From NCBI RefSeq assembly GCF_026210795.1, contig NC_089433.1, positions 5,208,001 through 5,272,000 on the forward strand: a stretch of DNA of 64,000 nt. The letters run 5' to 3'. Positions 1 through 13,145 of this stretch are shown here, piece by piece. A model generated the notes under the pieces. The model did not search any database. It saw nothing but the letters and a program-made list of their open reading frames with translations, and was not told where the DNA came from. Origin of the DNA: Rhizophagus irregularis. Taxonomy: Eukaryota. The translations under genes and the position numbers were made by a program. Every line of letters begins with the position of its first letter. Position 1 is the stretch's first letter.

Positions 1-2219
1 ATAACGAATTTATTTAACGATTAATTATTTGTTAATTAGATAACTTTTGTCTAGTAATATTAATTTTTTTTTTTCTAGATCGAATTTTGTCCAACTTTTC
101 GGTTATTAGATTTTTGTGATTCTTTCTTCGAAAATTGCACAAATATCAGATAATGAATTCAACGATTCATGAGTTATGAATATTTATATTACGCGATGTT
201 AGTTAACAATGCAATTATACACCAATAATTTCCTTAAAAATTTGTATAATAATGTACTTCCAGTAATATACTACATGTTAAGATCAAAACAAATCCGTTC
301 TTCTTGTTCTTTTAAGAGCCCCCCTTTTGAATACTCATTAATTGGTATAATTTTTATATAAGACCAACGAAAAACAAATATTATTGGATCATTAAAACAA
401 ACAGATCGACACTTATGAATGAAAGAAGGGATTTAATGTGTTATGTTACCCATAATGTTTGTGAAACAGATTTTTTATTTTATTTCCATTTATATACATG
501 AAGCAAATTATTGATTTGTTTTAACCGTTCTAGCCACCAATTAATATGGTGAAACTTAATCAATATTGTATTTGTTACATGTGAACGTTTAAATGGTTAG
601 TTTTTTCTCATTATGTTTCATTTTATTAACTAATTATGGTTTTTTGAATTAAAAAAAAAAATTGATTTTTTTTTTAATTTACTTTTGTTAATTTGATTGA
701 TAATAAGATTTTACAGTTATAAGAAATTTAAGAAATTTTAATCCCGTTACAACTCCATATTTTTATTTTTATTTTTATTTATTATTATTGTTATTATTAT
801 TATTATTATTATGAAAAAAATGCCACGTTTACGGAAAATATAACAAACCGAATAATTTTCATCATTTAAAGATTAGGAAAATTTCCGTGAAAATGTTTCA
901 TTTAAAAAAAAAAACGCAGTTACTGCGATAAAACAAATCTACAATTTTGGACAATTGTATATATTTATATATTATATGAATTTGTGTATAACAAACAATA
1001 ATTAATTTTTTATGCATAAAGTCAACGGCGGGATGTCACAATAACTAACGTCATCTTTCTTTGTAATTTTAGGCATAACATAATAAAGATATGAGTTAAT
1101 GATGTTGAAGAAATGAAAGAAAATTTTTATAATAAAATTTGGGCTCTGATTAAACCATATACGTGATTGAATTATTATATTTTGTCATAATATTCTTTTG
1201 AAATAAATTATAAATTCATCCATATATAAACTGAATGTATGAAGAGCCTATTTAATCATAGCCATATTTCTCAAACAATAATACAAAATGTATATTTTAT
1301 GATTTCCTTTTTTTTTTAATTTTAGTTTTCTTTTATTAACTGACACTTAGGGATGACAATGATATAAAGTTTATAATATCGTATATACTTAAAAATAAAC
1401 GCCTCTGGCTAGAATTATGAAGATTTTGGTAAAAAGAGGATGTTAAGAGAATTAAACGCCCTAATGTTACATAGAAAGTGGACTTGTCCGATCATTCATT
1501 GACAAATAATTTGATCGGTTACAGTAGTACAATTTACAAACACAACGCCATTTTTTTGATTTGTAACACCGAAAATTTATTAACTGCGCCTCACTCCTTA
1601 CTGCGCCTTAAGTGCCGAAATGTAAAAGAAGTTCAACAAACTGATTACAAAATGCATTAATAATGCAAGCTTATATTATTATATAACACCTTTGTAAATC
1701 TTTCCCTCTATTTTTTTTCAAGTAGTACGGTTAGAATTTAAAACAAAAAAATTTATATCGTTGAAAATATTCCTTGCTTTCTTATTAATACTGTAAAATG
1801 AATCAAGGGAAAATTTCATGATAGTCAATACTATCGGCAAAATGGTTTGTCGATTCGCTAAAATGGTTTCGGAAAAATGTGATGTCGTGAAATGGCAAGT
1901 AGGTAAAATGACGTCAGTAAATTTTATGTCGGTGAAACGGTAATACGAATTTGTAATCGGACAAAGAGAATTCTAACAAAAAATTCTGTTTATTACTTTC
2001 ATACGAAAATATTGTCGAATCAATTATTATTTTGTCTATAATATATGTAAATTTTATCGGAGTATAGAGCCGGTTTGTACATGCATAAAAAAACTTACTT
2101 TCAAATTTTAAAATTTTATTATGGCCAAAATTCGCTATGAATTAATTTAAGCAAAAACATTAATAGATTTAAGCATTCCCAATAATTTAGAAAAAAAATA
2201 CGAATACATACAACAAATT

Positions 2220-2640
2220 GTTGAGATGAATTTCTTGTAAAAGATGAAAATTAGAGGCAATAAAATTATTAAATAATACATTTTAATAAAGAGGGTAAGA
2301 GACAAAAAGATTTGTCAAGAAGAATGTTTGGTCATATAATATTGTAAACATTATATTAGAAATTATTTAAAAGAAAATTTTTCAAATTGGACATCTAAGG
2401 ATGGTAGTTTGGTACGGAGATATCGGGTGGAATCGTGTGTTTCTGGTAGGATAGTAGAATGGATTCTATTTAATAATTTACAAAATATTGGAAATTTATA
2501 CCGTTATACGGCAGATTGGATTGATGGCGAATATTTTTAATGGAATAATCGAGAACAAAAAAAGATTTAAAAAGCAAAAAGTAATACTTAAAGATTGAAA
2601 AATGGGGAAAACACTAACAGAATTGGTTTGATGATATTAA
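2220..2640 (+). pseudogene. Degraded N-terminal fragment of a Glomeromycotina TKL-type kinase gene
   Basis: Broken reading gives CQEECL..YCKHYIRNYLKENFSNWTS...IVEWILFNNLQNI...YTADWIDG, matching exon 1 of the kinase at 49492 (CQYECLATFYCEICIRNYLKAYFSNWTSG...IIEWIPYNN...YTAKWTDG). Contains stops and frameshifts. Confidence 0.8.
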
Positions 2641-4913
2641 CTTGTTCGGGTGTTTATAAAGGTATAGGAGGTATTACAATACTCGTTCGTGTATCTCAAG
2701 AAAAATTTTACTACGCGTATATATTGGTTGTGTAACATCCAAATTCGCATATATTAAATAGAAATAGATATAACTCTGACATATTACCGCGCCCGTAATT
2801 TCTTTCATTAAACGCCGCTTTAAAAAAAGGGGTAAACTTTTTTTTATAGCGACCTTAAAGTACTAGAGAAAGAATTTTTTACAATTGATCCCTTTCCCAA
2901 AATTAAAAAAAATGGTATATCGAAATCCATTAATAAATAAAAGAATTTTAAAGTATAAATAAAGCTTGATAAAGTTTCATAACTTTGTACTTTTTAATTT
3001 GAGAACCCGCGTCAAAATCAGCTGATCGTTGGTCGACAATCAAAAGTTACGTCTACCATTCACGTTCTTGAAGAACTAAGAAAAGAATAACATTAATTTC
3101 ATTTTATTTGTATTATTCATCATCTTTTATTACTGAAAATTCAAACGATTGATCAATGCATGATAAAATTTATACTACTTGAGACATAAAACATAACCAA
3201 AATTATAATAATTTATCTTATGTGAAGTCGGTAAGATCAAAATTACAATAATTTCGGCCAGAGTTATAAATAGCGATATACAGTATACGTCATGTGATTT
3301 GTAATTTTTTTTTTATTTATAATTCTGGCCAAATTTTATAATTCCGGCCTAAATTATTATGCATTATTTTCTCCCGTTTTCCCGAATCTGGGGGGAGTAT
3401 GTTGAACGAAGAATCGAGTTGGAGTGGTAAACATAAACCGACTGAATAGCTAGACAATACTATCATGTGCCGTACAATATTTGTACAAGCGTACTAAGTA
3501 TTTTACTATTAAACTAAATAAAATTATACTCAATTAAAAGCACCATTTGAGTAGAAAAAGATTTAATATTAGTTTAATAAAATATATTGTATTATTATAG
3601 AAATTAATAATTTAAGTGGAATTATGCAAAATAAAACTTTAACTAAGGTGATTCTAATGATATTAAAATAAAAATTATTATTAATGAGGAGTTAAAAAAG
3701 TCACATACTTTCAGTACCCTCTCAGATTTTTGAATAATAAAATTTGTCTAACCTTAAATAAATAAAATTTTGTTGTTACTTAAAATTCTTTTAAATTATG
3801 AAATAAAATTAACAAATATATCAAAAAGCAAATAAATAATTTTTTTATTCATTTAGAATAATAATAATACTTATCTTTTTATAATCATGAACACCACATG
3901 ATGTGTGTACAGTATTATTATTAATTAACACAATCTACATTGCTTAATAAAAATAAAAATAAAAAATTATTACAGTATACACATTATCATTAATGTATAA
4001 TGTGATTGTATTGCATTATTTCATTATCATTTTTATTATGTAAAACAAATGAGATCAATGTAATATTCTTTCAACAACTATTAAATGGGACTATGATTTA
4101 ATTAATCAAAGCTGTTATGGTCATGATACCAATTATAATGACAACCATTTATATAAGTTATGTGAAAAGTGTAAAATGAAACTAAAAAATAATAGAAAAG
4201 ACTATAAGATTATAAAAAAAACTGTCTTAATTTTGAATATGTTCGGAATCAACTTACATAAATGAGTTCAAATAGATCTTATTCGAAATCGAGCCACATT
4301 TATGAAGTCAACGTCGAGTTCGTGTTTTAAAACAAAACGCTTCTACTAAATTAGAGAAAATCGGAGAAAAGAGGTGCAATTTAGTTATTAGCGAATTTCT
4401 TAGGATTAAATTGATGCATTAGCCATCACCTCGTATATCGGGTTGCATACGGTTCAGCAAGTTCCTAATCGTAGTTAAAAATACGCCATCTTATTTATAT
4501 ACAGTATATTTTCCGAGATCCTAGCTTACGTAAATTCTGATGGAATTCTTTAACCGAGAGTATACCCGAAATAAATGTTTAAAATTAAATTTTATCCAAA
4601 TTTTAATTAATAGATTCGTAAAATATTCATTTCTTGGCGGAAATTCTATGCATCTACTATATAACCAAATTATAACTACGTTATAAAGATAAAATTGTTT
4701 AAATAATGAAGTTCGGGCATAACAACTGCAATTCTCGCTAATATAGTTATTATGATAGACAATTTGCCTAGTTTTGTAATCCCAATTTATGGCAGATTTA
4801 GGCTTTAATACGATCGGCAGTCACCAAATCTTTTAGTGGTGTTGTATAGAGGTTGGAACCGGATTTAAAAAATAAATCTGGTTTTATTTTACAGCTGATT
4901 TTCATAATATACA

Positions 4914-5077
4914 GGACACCTAGTCACATACGAGAGACAACTCGGTACATTCGGCAAAACTCGTAAAGTTCAGAATAAGGTAAAAATTATATTTGGAGCG
5001 CACAGTGGTGTAGTTTTTATTTTATTCTGAGTTATACCGAGTTTCTCTCGGCATGGAGTAAAAATGATGGGTGTCCA
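4914..5077. mobile_element. Small degenerate foldback/MITE-like element
   Basis: Nested imperfect inverted pairs: ggacacc/ggtgtcc, cgagagacaactcggta/taccgagtttctctcg, tcagaataaggtaaaaatta/tagtttttattttattctga. Followed by atccgg-rich repeats to ~5225. Confidence 0.4.
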
Positions 5078-6895
5078 ACTTATAGTATCCGGTTTCTTCG
5101 AATCCTTCGGATTTATATCCGGTTTTATTCGGTTTTTCTTCATCCAGATTTGATAAATCCAGTTTCCTTCGTTCCATCCGAATTTATTATATCCGGTTTC
5201 TTTCGATTTTCGGATTTAAATCTGAATATCGAAATTACTGTATCATTAATTCATTTAAGTTATCGTGACATTCCATCATGACTTGAGAATATTAATTATT
5301 ACATAAGTCATCGTAATATCCCTCCGTGACTCGAGAATGATTATTAATCATTATTCATTATGTACGAATGATGTACGAAATGTAACATATTTACGGAATT
5401 TCTTAAACGATAAAAATTATTCAGTTTGTTATATTTCCATAAACGTGAAATTTCTTAGGAAATATTCCGATTAAATTTCTTATAGAGGTAAGATCTAAGC
5501 TAACAATCAAATTAACAAATTAAGTTTTTTTAAATCAAAACCCATAATTAGCGCCATTTAGCGTTCACATGTGAAAATATTAAGTTTTTCATCACGTTGA
5601 TATGATTAGATTTGGTGAATCATTTGGTTCATGCATTTGATTCAAAAATGGAAATAAAATAATGAATTCTGTTTCACAAACCCCATGAAACAATAACACT
5701 ATTCATGCACTGAAATTCGCCGATCTGTTTGTACAAATTTGTTATTATTATAAGTACTCATTATACAAATTTTAAAAGAAATATGATTGTATTGTTAACT
5801 TGATATTACTAAATATATTAAAATATCATGAATCGTGTTTCATTCTAATGGGTGTAGGATCGAAGAAATAATTAAAATAATCCACTAACCGGATGATTGA
5901 ACAAATCCAACCTAAAAGAAAAAAATTTTGAATTAATACTGCTAAACGAAATCTAAGTATAAAATATAATTAAAATTAATAAATTAGTAATATGACAATA
6001 AAAATAAATATTAGTAGAGTTCCACAAATTTGTAATACCTTAAAATCTAAATTTAATGAGCAAGTTTATGTAAGATAATACTAAAAAGTTTTGCAATGCA
6101 TTCTATTTGTTTACTTTTGAAATTTTTTCTTTTTTTTTTTTAGTAATCCCAAAAAGACTCAATTGCTAAAAATAGAACTTTCCTTAAACGGATAATATTC
6201 CTAGAATTTATCCGGATTATTCTATTATCCTAACTGTATCCGATTAGTTTTAAAACGGATATCCGGTTTTAAATTTGAGAGATGGATAATCCTATGAAAC
6301 TTTACGGATAATCCGCTAAATATCTAGATTTAGAATGATCACAAGTAAACGGTGCTAAATTGATAATGTCTGCAAAAATTTGAATAAAGTCCTAAAACAT
6401 TGGTTAAGTACATATTTTTTTTTTTGTATTTCAATATGTTAAAATTTGAATTTTAATAAAATTTATAGAATCAAGAAATTTTTAATATCGAGGTGATTAA
6501 ATATCTATAAATTAAATCTAAATGACTAAATGATCTCGTCTAGGATAATCGGATAATCCGGTGAAAGCTCTAACTAAAAAATATTGTTCATTGTTTAATG
6601 TGACGTTTTATGCATATGCATAATCATCATAACCATCAGTTTGTAAAATAATTTTTTTAAAGTAAAATGGATAAAATATAAAAGCATACATATATGCATA
6701 TAACCTATTATAGTTCTATACTAGTTCTTACAATAAAATAATCAAACAATCTCATGAAACATCATTTTATTTTTAATTTCATTCATTTCTCTGTTTGGCT
6801 TTATTAAAAAAAATCTTATAAATAATATATTTACCTCAAAGATTTTTTTTTTTTTCCTCACTCATTAACGGCTTTTTCTAAGATCATACTTCAAT

Positions 6896-7804
6896 ATGAA
6901 AATATTATTAAATCGTCTTAAAAAAGAAGAAACTTTTGACTGTAATTATTTTACGCCAAAGTATTATTTTGAAACGGAATGGTTTCTTGACATGCATGGT
7001 TATATTGATAGGGAGGAATTAGACGTTCGTTTTGAAGAAATTAATAAAATAGTCACTGAAAACCCACTACTAAGTGAAAGAGCAAAAAAGGGTCTTTTAT
7101 ATGTTTTCATCGCTCTTAGCTTTATTTTTATTTTGCTTATTATCTTTGCTGCTCAAGTTTTTGGAGGTTATGTTGCTCCAATCGTGATACAAATTATAAA
7201 TTCTATTGCTTTCTTTGTGGCGAGATATTTGATCGATGAAGAAGCAAAACGTCGCTCCGAAAGATTTTATGAAGCTATTAAAAAATTGTTCGACAAATAT
7301 AATAAAAAAGATAACCCAACTGCCAATTGGAAACTCAAGTGGCGTAAAGTTATCACTCATTTCAATTTAGATCAATCCTCAAATGATATAACGCCAAAGT
7401 ATGCTGAAGAAGCAGAAATAGAGTTAGAAATAAATGACGTCCTCGCTGAAATTACCGAGTGTACCATCCGTTTGCACCTTTATAGTAAAGAAAAACTTGA
7501 AAGAATTACTAAAGAGAAAGAGGAACTTGAGAGACTTCTTTCATCAAACGAGGACTATTCAATTACCATCGATGATAAGAAATTGCCTGAAATTCCTTTC
7601 AATTACGTACAACCTTCCAACAACACACCCCGACTTAACAACACGCCCCCATTTAATAACACACCTCAACCTGACAATACACCCCCATTTAATAACACAC
7701 CTCAACCTGACAATACACCCATATTTAATAACACACCTCAACCTGACAATACGCCCACATTTAATAACACATCCCCTTCCAACAATACTGAAATAGAAAG
7801 ATGA
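6896..7804 (+). CDS. 302-aa membrane protein with an Erf4/Golgin-A7-like domain, two hydrophobic helices and an Asn/Pro/Thr repeat tail
   Basis: Intronless ORF. FETEW..DMHGYIDREELDVRFEEINKIV resembles the Erf4/GOLGA7 motif (recognised from memory). Two hydrophobic segments: LLYVFIALSFIFILLIIFAA and VAPIVIQIINSIAFFVA. A conserved paralog at 12564-13145 supports coding status. Confidence 0.75.
   Translation: MKILLNRLKKEETFDCNYFTPKYYFETEWFLDMHGYIDREELDVRFEEINKIVTENPLLSERAKKGLLYVFIALSFIFILLIIFAAQVFGGYVAPIVIQIINSIAFFVARYLIDEEAKRRSERFYEAIKKLFDKYNKKDNPTANWKLKWRKVITHFNLDQSSNDITPKYAEEAEIELEINDVLAEITECTIRLHLYSKEKLERITKEKEELERLLSSNEDYSITIDDKKLPEIPFNYVQPSNNTPRLNNTPPFNNTPQPDNTPPFNNTPQPDNTPIFNNTPQPDNTPTFNNTSPSNNTEIER
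7619..7788 (+). repeat. Coding minisatellite: 18-bp unit (N/D-NTPxx) with a 36-bp higher-order period
   Basis: NNTPRL NNTPPF NNTPQP DNTPPF NNTPQP DNTPIF NNTPQP DNTPTF NNTSPS. Confidence 0.95.
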
Positions 7805-10800
7805 ATAATATAAACGACAATGGAAATGAGAGGATGAATTATGCTAATCCTCAGATGAATATGAAACGTCTTCCCTATAATTACGGTATAAAATTATTTT
7901 ACATTTTTTTGTGACACGATAATCATGTTTTATTACAATGTAAGGGTCGAAATTATCTAGTGAATTTATTAATTATAAGGCGCAATATATTATATAGTTT
8001 AGGTGTTTAAATTTTTAAAGCATTTTATTAGTATTACGTCCGTAATTGACATTAAAATATTCTTTTAGGGATTTATTTTATTGGCCATTCTATATTTTAC
8101 TTAATTGAGGAACTGAGGAAACGTCCGTAATTGACGTGAAACTATTCTTATGTATATATTTATGTGTTATTTTATTTTATATGGGTTATATCATTTTAGT
8201 ATATAATTTCGTATGACGTTATTTTATTGGTTATTACAATGGATTACTCGAATTAGGACCAAGAGAGAGTTATGAAATGAAATAAACGGAGAGGGATTCG
8301 CCTAAATCAGAGGATCAATTCTTTTTTTGCCCTTTTTCTTATGATGAAAAAGTGCCTCATTAATTATTTTGAATAATGACTTATTAGAAATTGTTAATAA
8401 GGGGGAACTATCGAAATTTAGTTCTAGAAATTTAGAAATAGACTTTTTGGGAAACTAAGCATTAGTATAATTTTGTTATTGATATTGTGAAATTGTATTA
8501 TTTAATAAAAGAATATTGTTGTGGCTTAAGGTGGCAAACGTCTGTATGACGGCTTAAGCTCTACAAGCCAATAATTATTTATAATAGCTCAATAATATTA
8601 TATACTTGCACTACCGAAAATAAACTTCTCTTTCTAGAATTACGCCTCAATATCCTGGCCAAAATTACGTGATATAATTAGTTGATTTAAAAAGGTATTA
8701 ACTTCTAAAAATGATTTATTGTAAATATAATTCTTTTCTTTATATTTATAAAAAAAATTCATATTTATAAAAAAAATAAATGTTCTTAAGTTGAAGTTTG
8801 TACACCATACAAGTTAGCAGCCGAAACTAGAGATCATGAGAAACCTGTTCACATGACAAAATATTACGGTAGCTTCGTGGGACCAAGTTTTACAAATATC
8901 GTTCAAGAAACAGCACAAATTTTTCGGATCAAAACCCGGGGAATCGCTATGTTCAGGTGACTGAAAACTCAATTCAAAGACCGAAAGGAACACATGCGAA
9001 CAAAAAACTAAAACTGGAAATTCTTTATTTTGCTACACACGAAGATCGGTGTCAGTGTGTCACATGAACTACCGATAAAGTTGACCAATTCCCAAACTTC
9101 CGTTAAAGAAAAGAAAAAGGATGAAAGAAGAAATAGGGGAATAAAAAGAAAGACGAGCCTCAGAACAAATGTTCTTGCGAAAAACTAAACTGAAAAAAAT
9201 CTATGACACGACGCGGTCGGTCTTTCATTAACAAAATTGCTGGAGACATAGTTGTTTATTTATATAGATTGAGTTTAAGTTTTAGTTTTATTTAGGTCGA
9301 ATTCCAGGTTTATATACCTGATGAACGTGTCTTAACGTGAAAGATCACGGTTGTATTTAGTATGTAATATGTACATTACACAACGTGTGGATGGTTTTTC
9401 GCTTTAGAACTATGTTCTTCTCGTTTTGCATCATCAACAGGTCAACTTCATTTGTTAATAAAGGCAATAAATTAAAAAGGAAAATAAAGTGGAATAATAA
9501 ATTATGAAACATTAACGAATACTTTAGTTTAATCTTCTTATTCGATTTATGGGAACTCGTACAGGTTTTTTGATACATCTTTATTATTCCTAGTGGTCTA
9601 CGAAGAAAATCAGAAAATTGAAGAGTTTTTCTATAAATTTACCTTACCAAAAATACAACTACCTAAAACAAGAAAAATTGAATCAAATATTATCAGACCA
9701 ATACTTGCAAATGTAATAACTTAGATTGATAAAAAAAAATGACATGTATGACGTGTATACGTATCGCTGGAGTGCGCGGTCAATAGCAATAACTGCCAAA
9801 ACAAAATTTCTTTTAATAGTCAACAATTTATTTAGTTATTAATAAAGAACAAAACTCATTTGCTATCATTTAGTGAATATTATGCGTAAAATCCATCTAT
9901 TATAAAATTACATGAAATTGGATTTTACAGCCAATGTCAGATAAGGTTGCCCCATAATTATCGTAACTGTCCCTAACAAAATTTTCTTTCACAAAATGTT
10001 TTAATGAAGAACCATACTGTACATATCAAAGTGTTGTAGGTTATCATATTCTTTTTTTGTTGTTAGCATGAGTGAAAATAACAAAAGGCAATACTATAGT
10101 TTACGAAAAATATCGTAGAGCATGGAATTAATAAATTATGTAATTGATTGCATTAATCAATTGAACTTAAAATATACGTAAAATTTGTGGCCAAAAAACT
10201 CATGATAGATTTGAGAAAATTCCAACAAAAAAAAGTTATTGGTTAGTTACATCACTTCCGTCACTTCCGTCACGTGATCGATTAACTTGATTCACATGAC
10301 GATCACAGGGACGATGATTTTCTGCGGTGACAAAATACTAACTCCGTCTGCGGTAAAAATAAATTCTGCGTTTTGCCATGCATTAAAAAAATTACTAATT
10401 TCTGCAGTATTTCTGTGATTTTTTTGTTAAATTCTGTACGAAATTAACAATTCTGCATTTATCAAAATTACGTCTAAAAAAATAAACATCTAATCTTTAC
10501 CAAATTAGGCAATTTACATTATTAATTCTGGTTGGAATTAACTAATTTAGTAATGATCTACAATCACACTAATTCCGCGATTGGTACTCGATTCTGCATT
10601 TTCTGCGGCATTCCGTGAAATGCAGAAAATCATTGTCCCTAGACGATCAACACCGGCCAGCCAATAATTTTGTTTCACGCTACATATAACTCGTATATTT
10701 AAAATAGTGCTGAAATTATCGAACTGATAAAGCAATTTTATTTTTGTTCTTTCAAATCATGAAATTTTTTTATGAATCATTATTTATGCAATAATCTATT

Positions 10801-12363
10801 AATACAGTAAAACATACTGTAACTGCAATAAACTACATACAAAAAATTACTTGTAATTCTACAATTACCTCCGTTCCATATGAAAAAATATCGTACAGTT
10901 CCTACTAAAAGAAAAATTCTAATGAAACTTAATGTATCTTAAGTATTATCAATTTCAGATGATACAAATCTTGCTAGTAATCTTCAATACTGTTTAGTGA
11001 GCCAGACCGTTGATATTAATGTGAAATATCACACAATAGCTGTTGTATCGGAGGGATTTCCTGCAAAAAGCTATTTTATTATTAGTGTAAGTTTCAAACA
11101 AAACTTTACAGGGGATACCTAATATTTTCAATAATTTTATTAATTTTATGAATATTTATTGTTTCTGTTCACAGACTTCATATTGTTTTTCATTCTTTCG
11201 CTTACGGGAAGCAAGTTCATCTTAATTGCCAATCCGCCACTAAAATTGATTAGTAGATCCGTCGCAGTCGCATGTGTCGCATGTTCTTATATGAATGACG
11301 TCGATCGGCATCCGATTTTGTACTACATAAGTCATGCTTAATGCAACCATAATTTACCAATCAATAATGCCAAACGTGAATATGTCACAAAAAAAAATTT
11401 TTTTCGTTTGTTACAAAATTTAAAAAGTTTACTTTGGAGGAAGTTACCATTCCAGCTCATATTTTAGGTAACTTTACACCAATTATTCGCGAATTTTGCA
11501 AATTTTACAAGGTTTTTTTGTACTATTACATAATATACGGTATATTCTTGCTTAGATTAATAAAATAATATTTTAAAAAAAGAAAATAAAAAATTTTTTT
11601 TTTTTTGGCAGTTTTATAAAACTATACCTAAGTAATGTAACACCTTTTTATAATGTATTTTTAGGGCATTTATATTACAACAAAAACTTGTGCAAATACC
11701 ATTCAGAAGCAATAGTATTTAATATAAAAATGTCCGACGAGATTAATTATAGATTGCCGATCATTTTGTATCGCTGAGTGGCGAATCGGCAATTAAATGT
11801 TTTATATAAAGTTGATTGATCATCCACTTGCGCTACTAATAAAGAAACTGTAGGACTGGTTTGCACTTTTTCTAAGAGCCTCTAAGGTTAATTTTTCATA
11901 AATTTCATTGGAATTTTTGCAGTCCACAAAGGCACAAGGTCCATTATTTCGCTTGCAATTCTTGTCATTAGTTATTAAGAGAAGTATAAACTAAAGTCGG
12001 ATCTATTTAAACTAAAACCGGATCTTGGTTGAGAAAGAGATGTTAAACTTTCATGAAAATTTGAACGTATATCGTTATGTAGTGCCCACTTTGTATATGA
12101 GCTTAAATTAAATCACATGACATACAAATTAGCCAATAATATTAATTTACCTATACCGTTACAACTGTGTTACAACAAATCATTTTTTCATATTAAAAAT
12201 AATTTTTAAAAATCTATTAAATAATGAACTTTAACGTGGAATATTACTGTAAACTATTTTTATTTATAATTAAACGCGTTTTTTTAATATTCTTTACATG
12301 AAATTTTAGGTACAGTAGATCGGTCCACGTAATTTCATATGGGTTAGTTCGGAGATATATGCA

Positions 12364-12563
12364 NNNNNNNNNNNNNNNNNNNNNNNNNNNNNNNNNNNNN
12401 NNNNNNNNNNNNNNNNNNNNNNNNNNNNNNNNNNNNNNNNNNNNNNNNNNNNNNNNNNNNNNNNNNNNNNNNNNNNNNNNNNNNNNNNNNNNNNNNNNNN
12501 NNNNNNNNNNNNNNNNNNNNNNNNNNNNNNNNNNNNNNNNNNNNNNNNNNNNNNNNNNNNNNN
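12364..12563. other. Assembly gap (200 N)
   Basis: Run of n characters. Confidence 1.
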
Positions 12564-13145
12564 TCAGCGAGGGCGTCATTTATTTCTAGCTCTATCTCTG
12601 CTTCCTCAGCATATTTTGGCGTTATCTTTCCCTTAGCCTTAACACCATTATTATCAAGGGAATAATTCATTTCTACTTTATAATGACTGAGAACGTTACG
12701 CCACTTGAGTTTCCAATTGGCAGTTGGGTTATCACTGACATTATATTGATCGAACAATTTTTTAATAGCTTCAGAAAATCTTTCGGAGCGACGTTTTGCT
12801 TCTTCGTTGACCAAATATCTCCCTACAAAGAAAGCGATAGCATTTATACCTTCTATCGCGAAGGGAGCAATAAATCCTCCAAAAAGTTGAGACAAAAAGA
12901 TAATAAAAAAATAAAAATAAAAGCAATAGCGATGAAAGCATATAAAAGACCCTTTTTTGCTCTGTCACTCAGTAGTGGGTTTTCAGCGACTACTCTATTA
13001 ATTTCTTCAAGACGAATATCTAATTCCTCTCTATCAAGATAACCATGCATATCAAGACACCATTCCGTTTCAAAATAATACTTTGGCGTAAAGTAATTAC
13101 AATCAAGAGTATTTTCTTCTCTAAGACGATTTAATATATTTTCAT
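12564..13145 (-). pseudogene. Inverted paralog of the Erf4-like membrane protein gene; two 1-nt frameshifts; 3' end lost in the gap (pseudogene or sequencing errors)
   Basis: ORF pieces MHGYLDREELDIRLEEIN.. and SQLFGGFIAPFAIEG..KYAEEAEIELEINDALA align with the 302-aa ORF. The 5' leader is identical (cctcactcattaacggctttttctaagatcatacttcaatatgaaaata). One T is missing just after the ATG and one in a T-run near 12905. Confidence 0.8.

Larger units (their letters stand above)
1..12363. repeat. Copy 1 of a ~12.4 kb near-identical direct duplication (copy 2 at 13861-26220)
   Basis: Sequence at 1 (ataacgaatttatttaacga) restarts at 13861. The ORF translations repeat identically with an offset of ~13855-13860. 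Differences I spotted are almost all homopolymer lengths. Copy 1 ends at the N gap. Confidence 0.97.

Noticed and set aside
1478..1660. Short intergenic ORFs (also 9357, 10547, 11159, 13374-13717, 26257, 33326, 35266, 35936, 44232)
   Set aside because: Short, often non-ATG starts, no motifs or splice support; recurrence in the duplicate is not independent evidence.
7097..7796. Alternative-frame and antisense ORFs over the 302-aa gene (and their duplicates)
   Set aside because: Shadow ORFs kept open by the repeat and the codon bias of the real gene.
10959..11122. Exon-like open stretch after tttcag (DTNLASNLQYCLVSQ..FPAKSYFIISVSF)
   Set aside because: May be a gene relic, but I found no start or upstream exon and no recognisable family; too weak to call.
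12244..12589. ORFs spanning the N run
   Set aside because: Open only because of the unknown bases.
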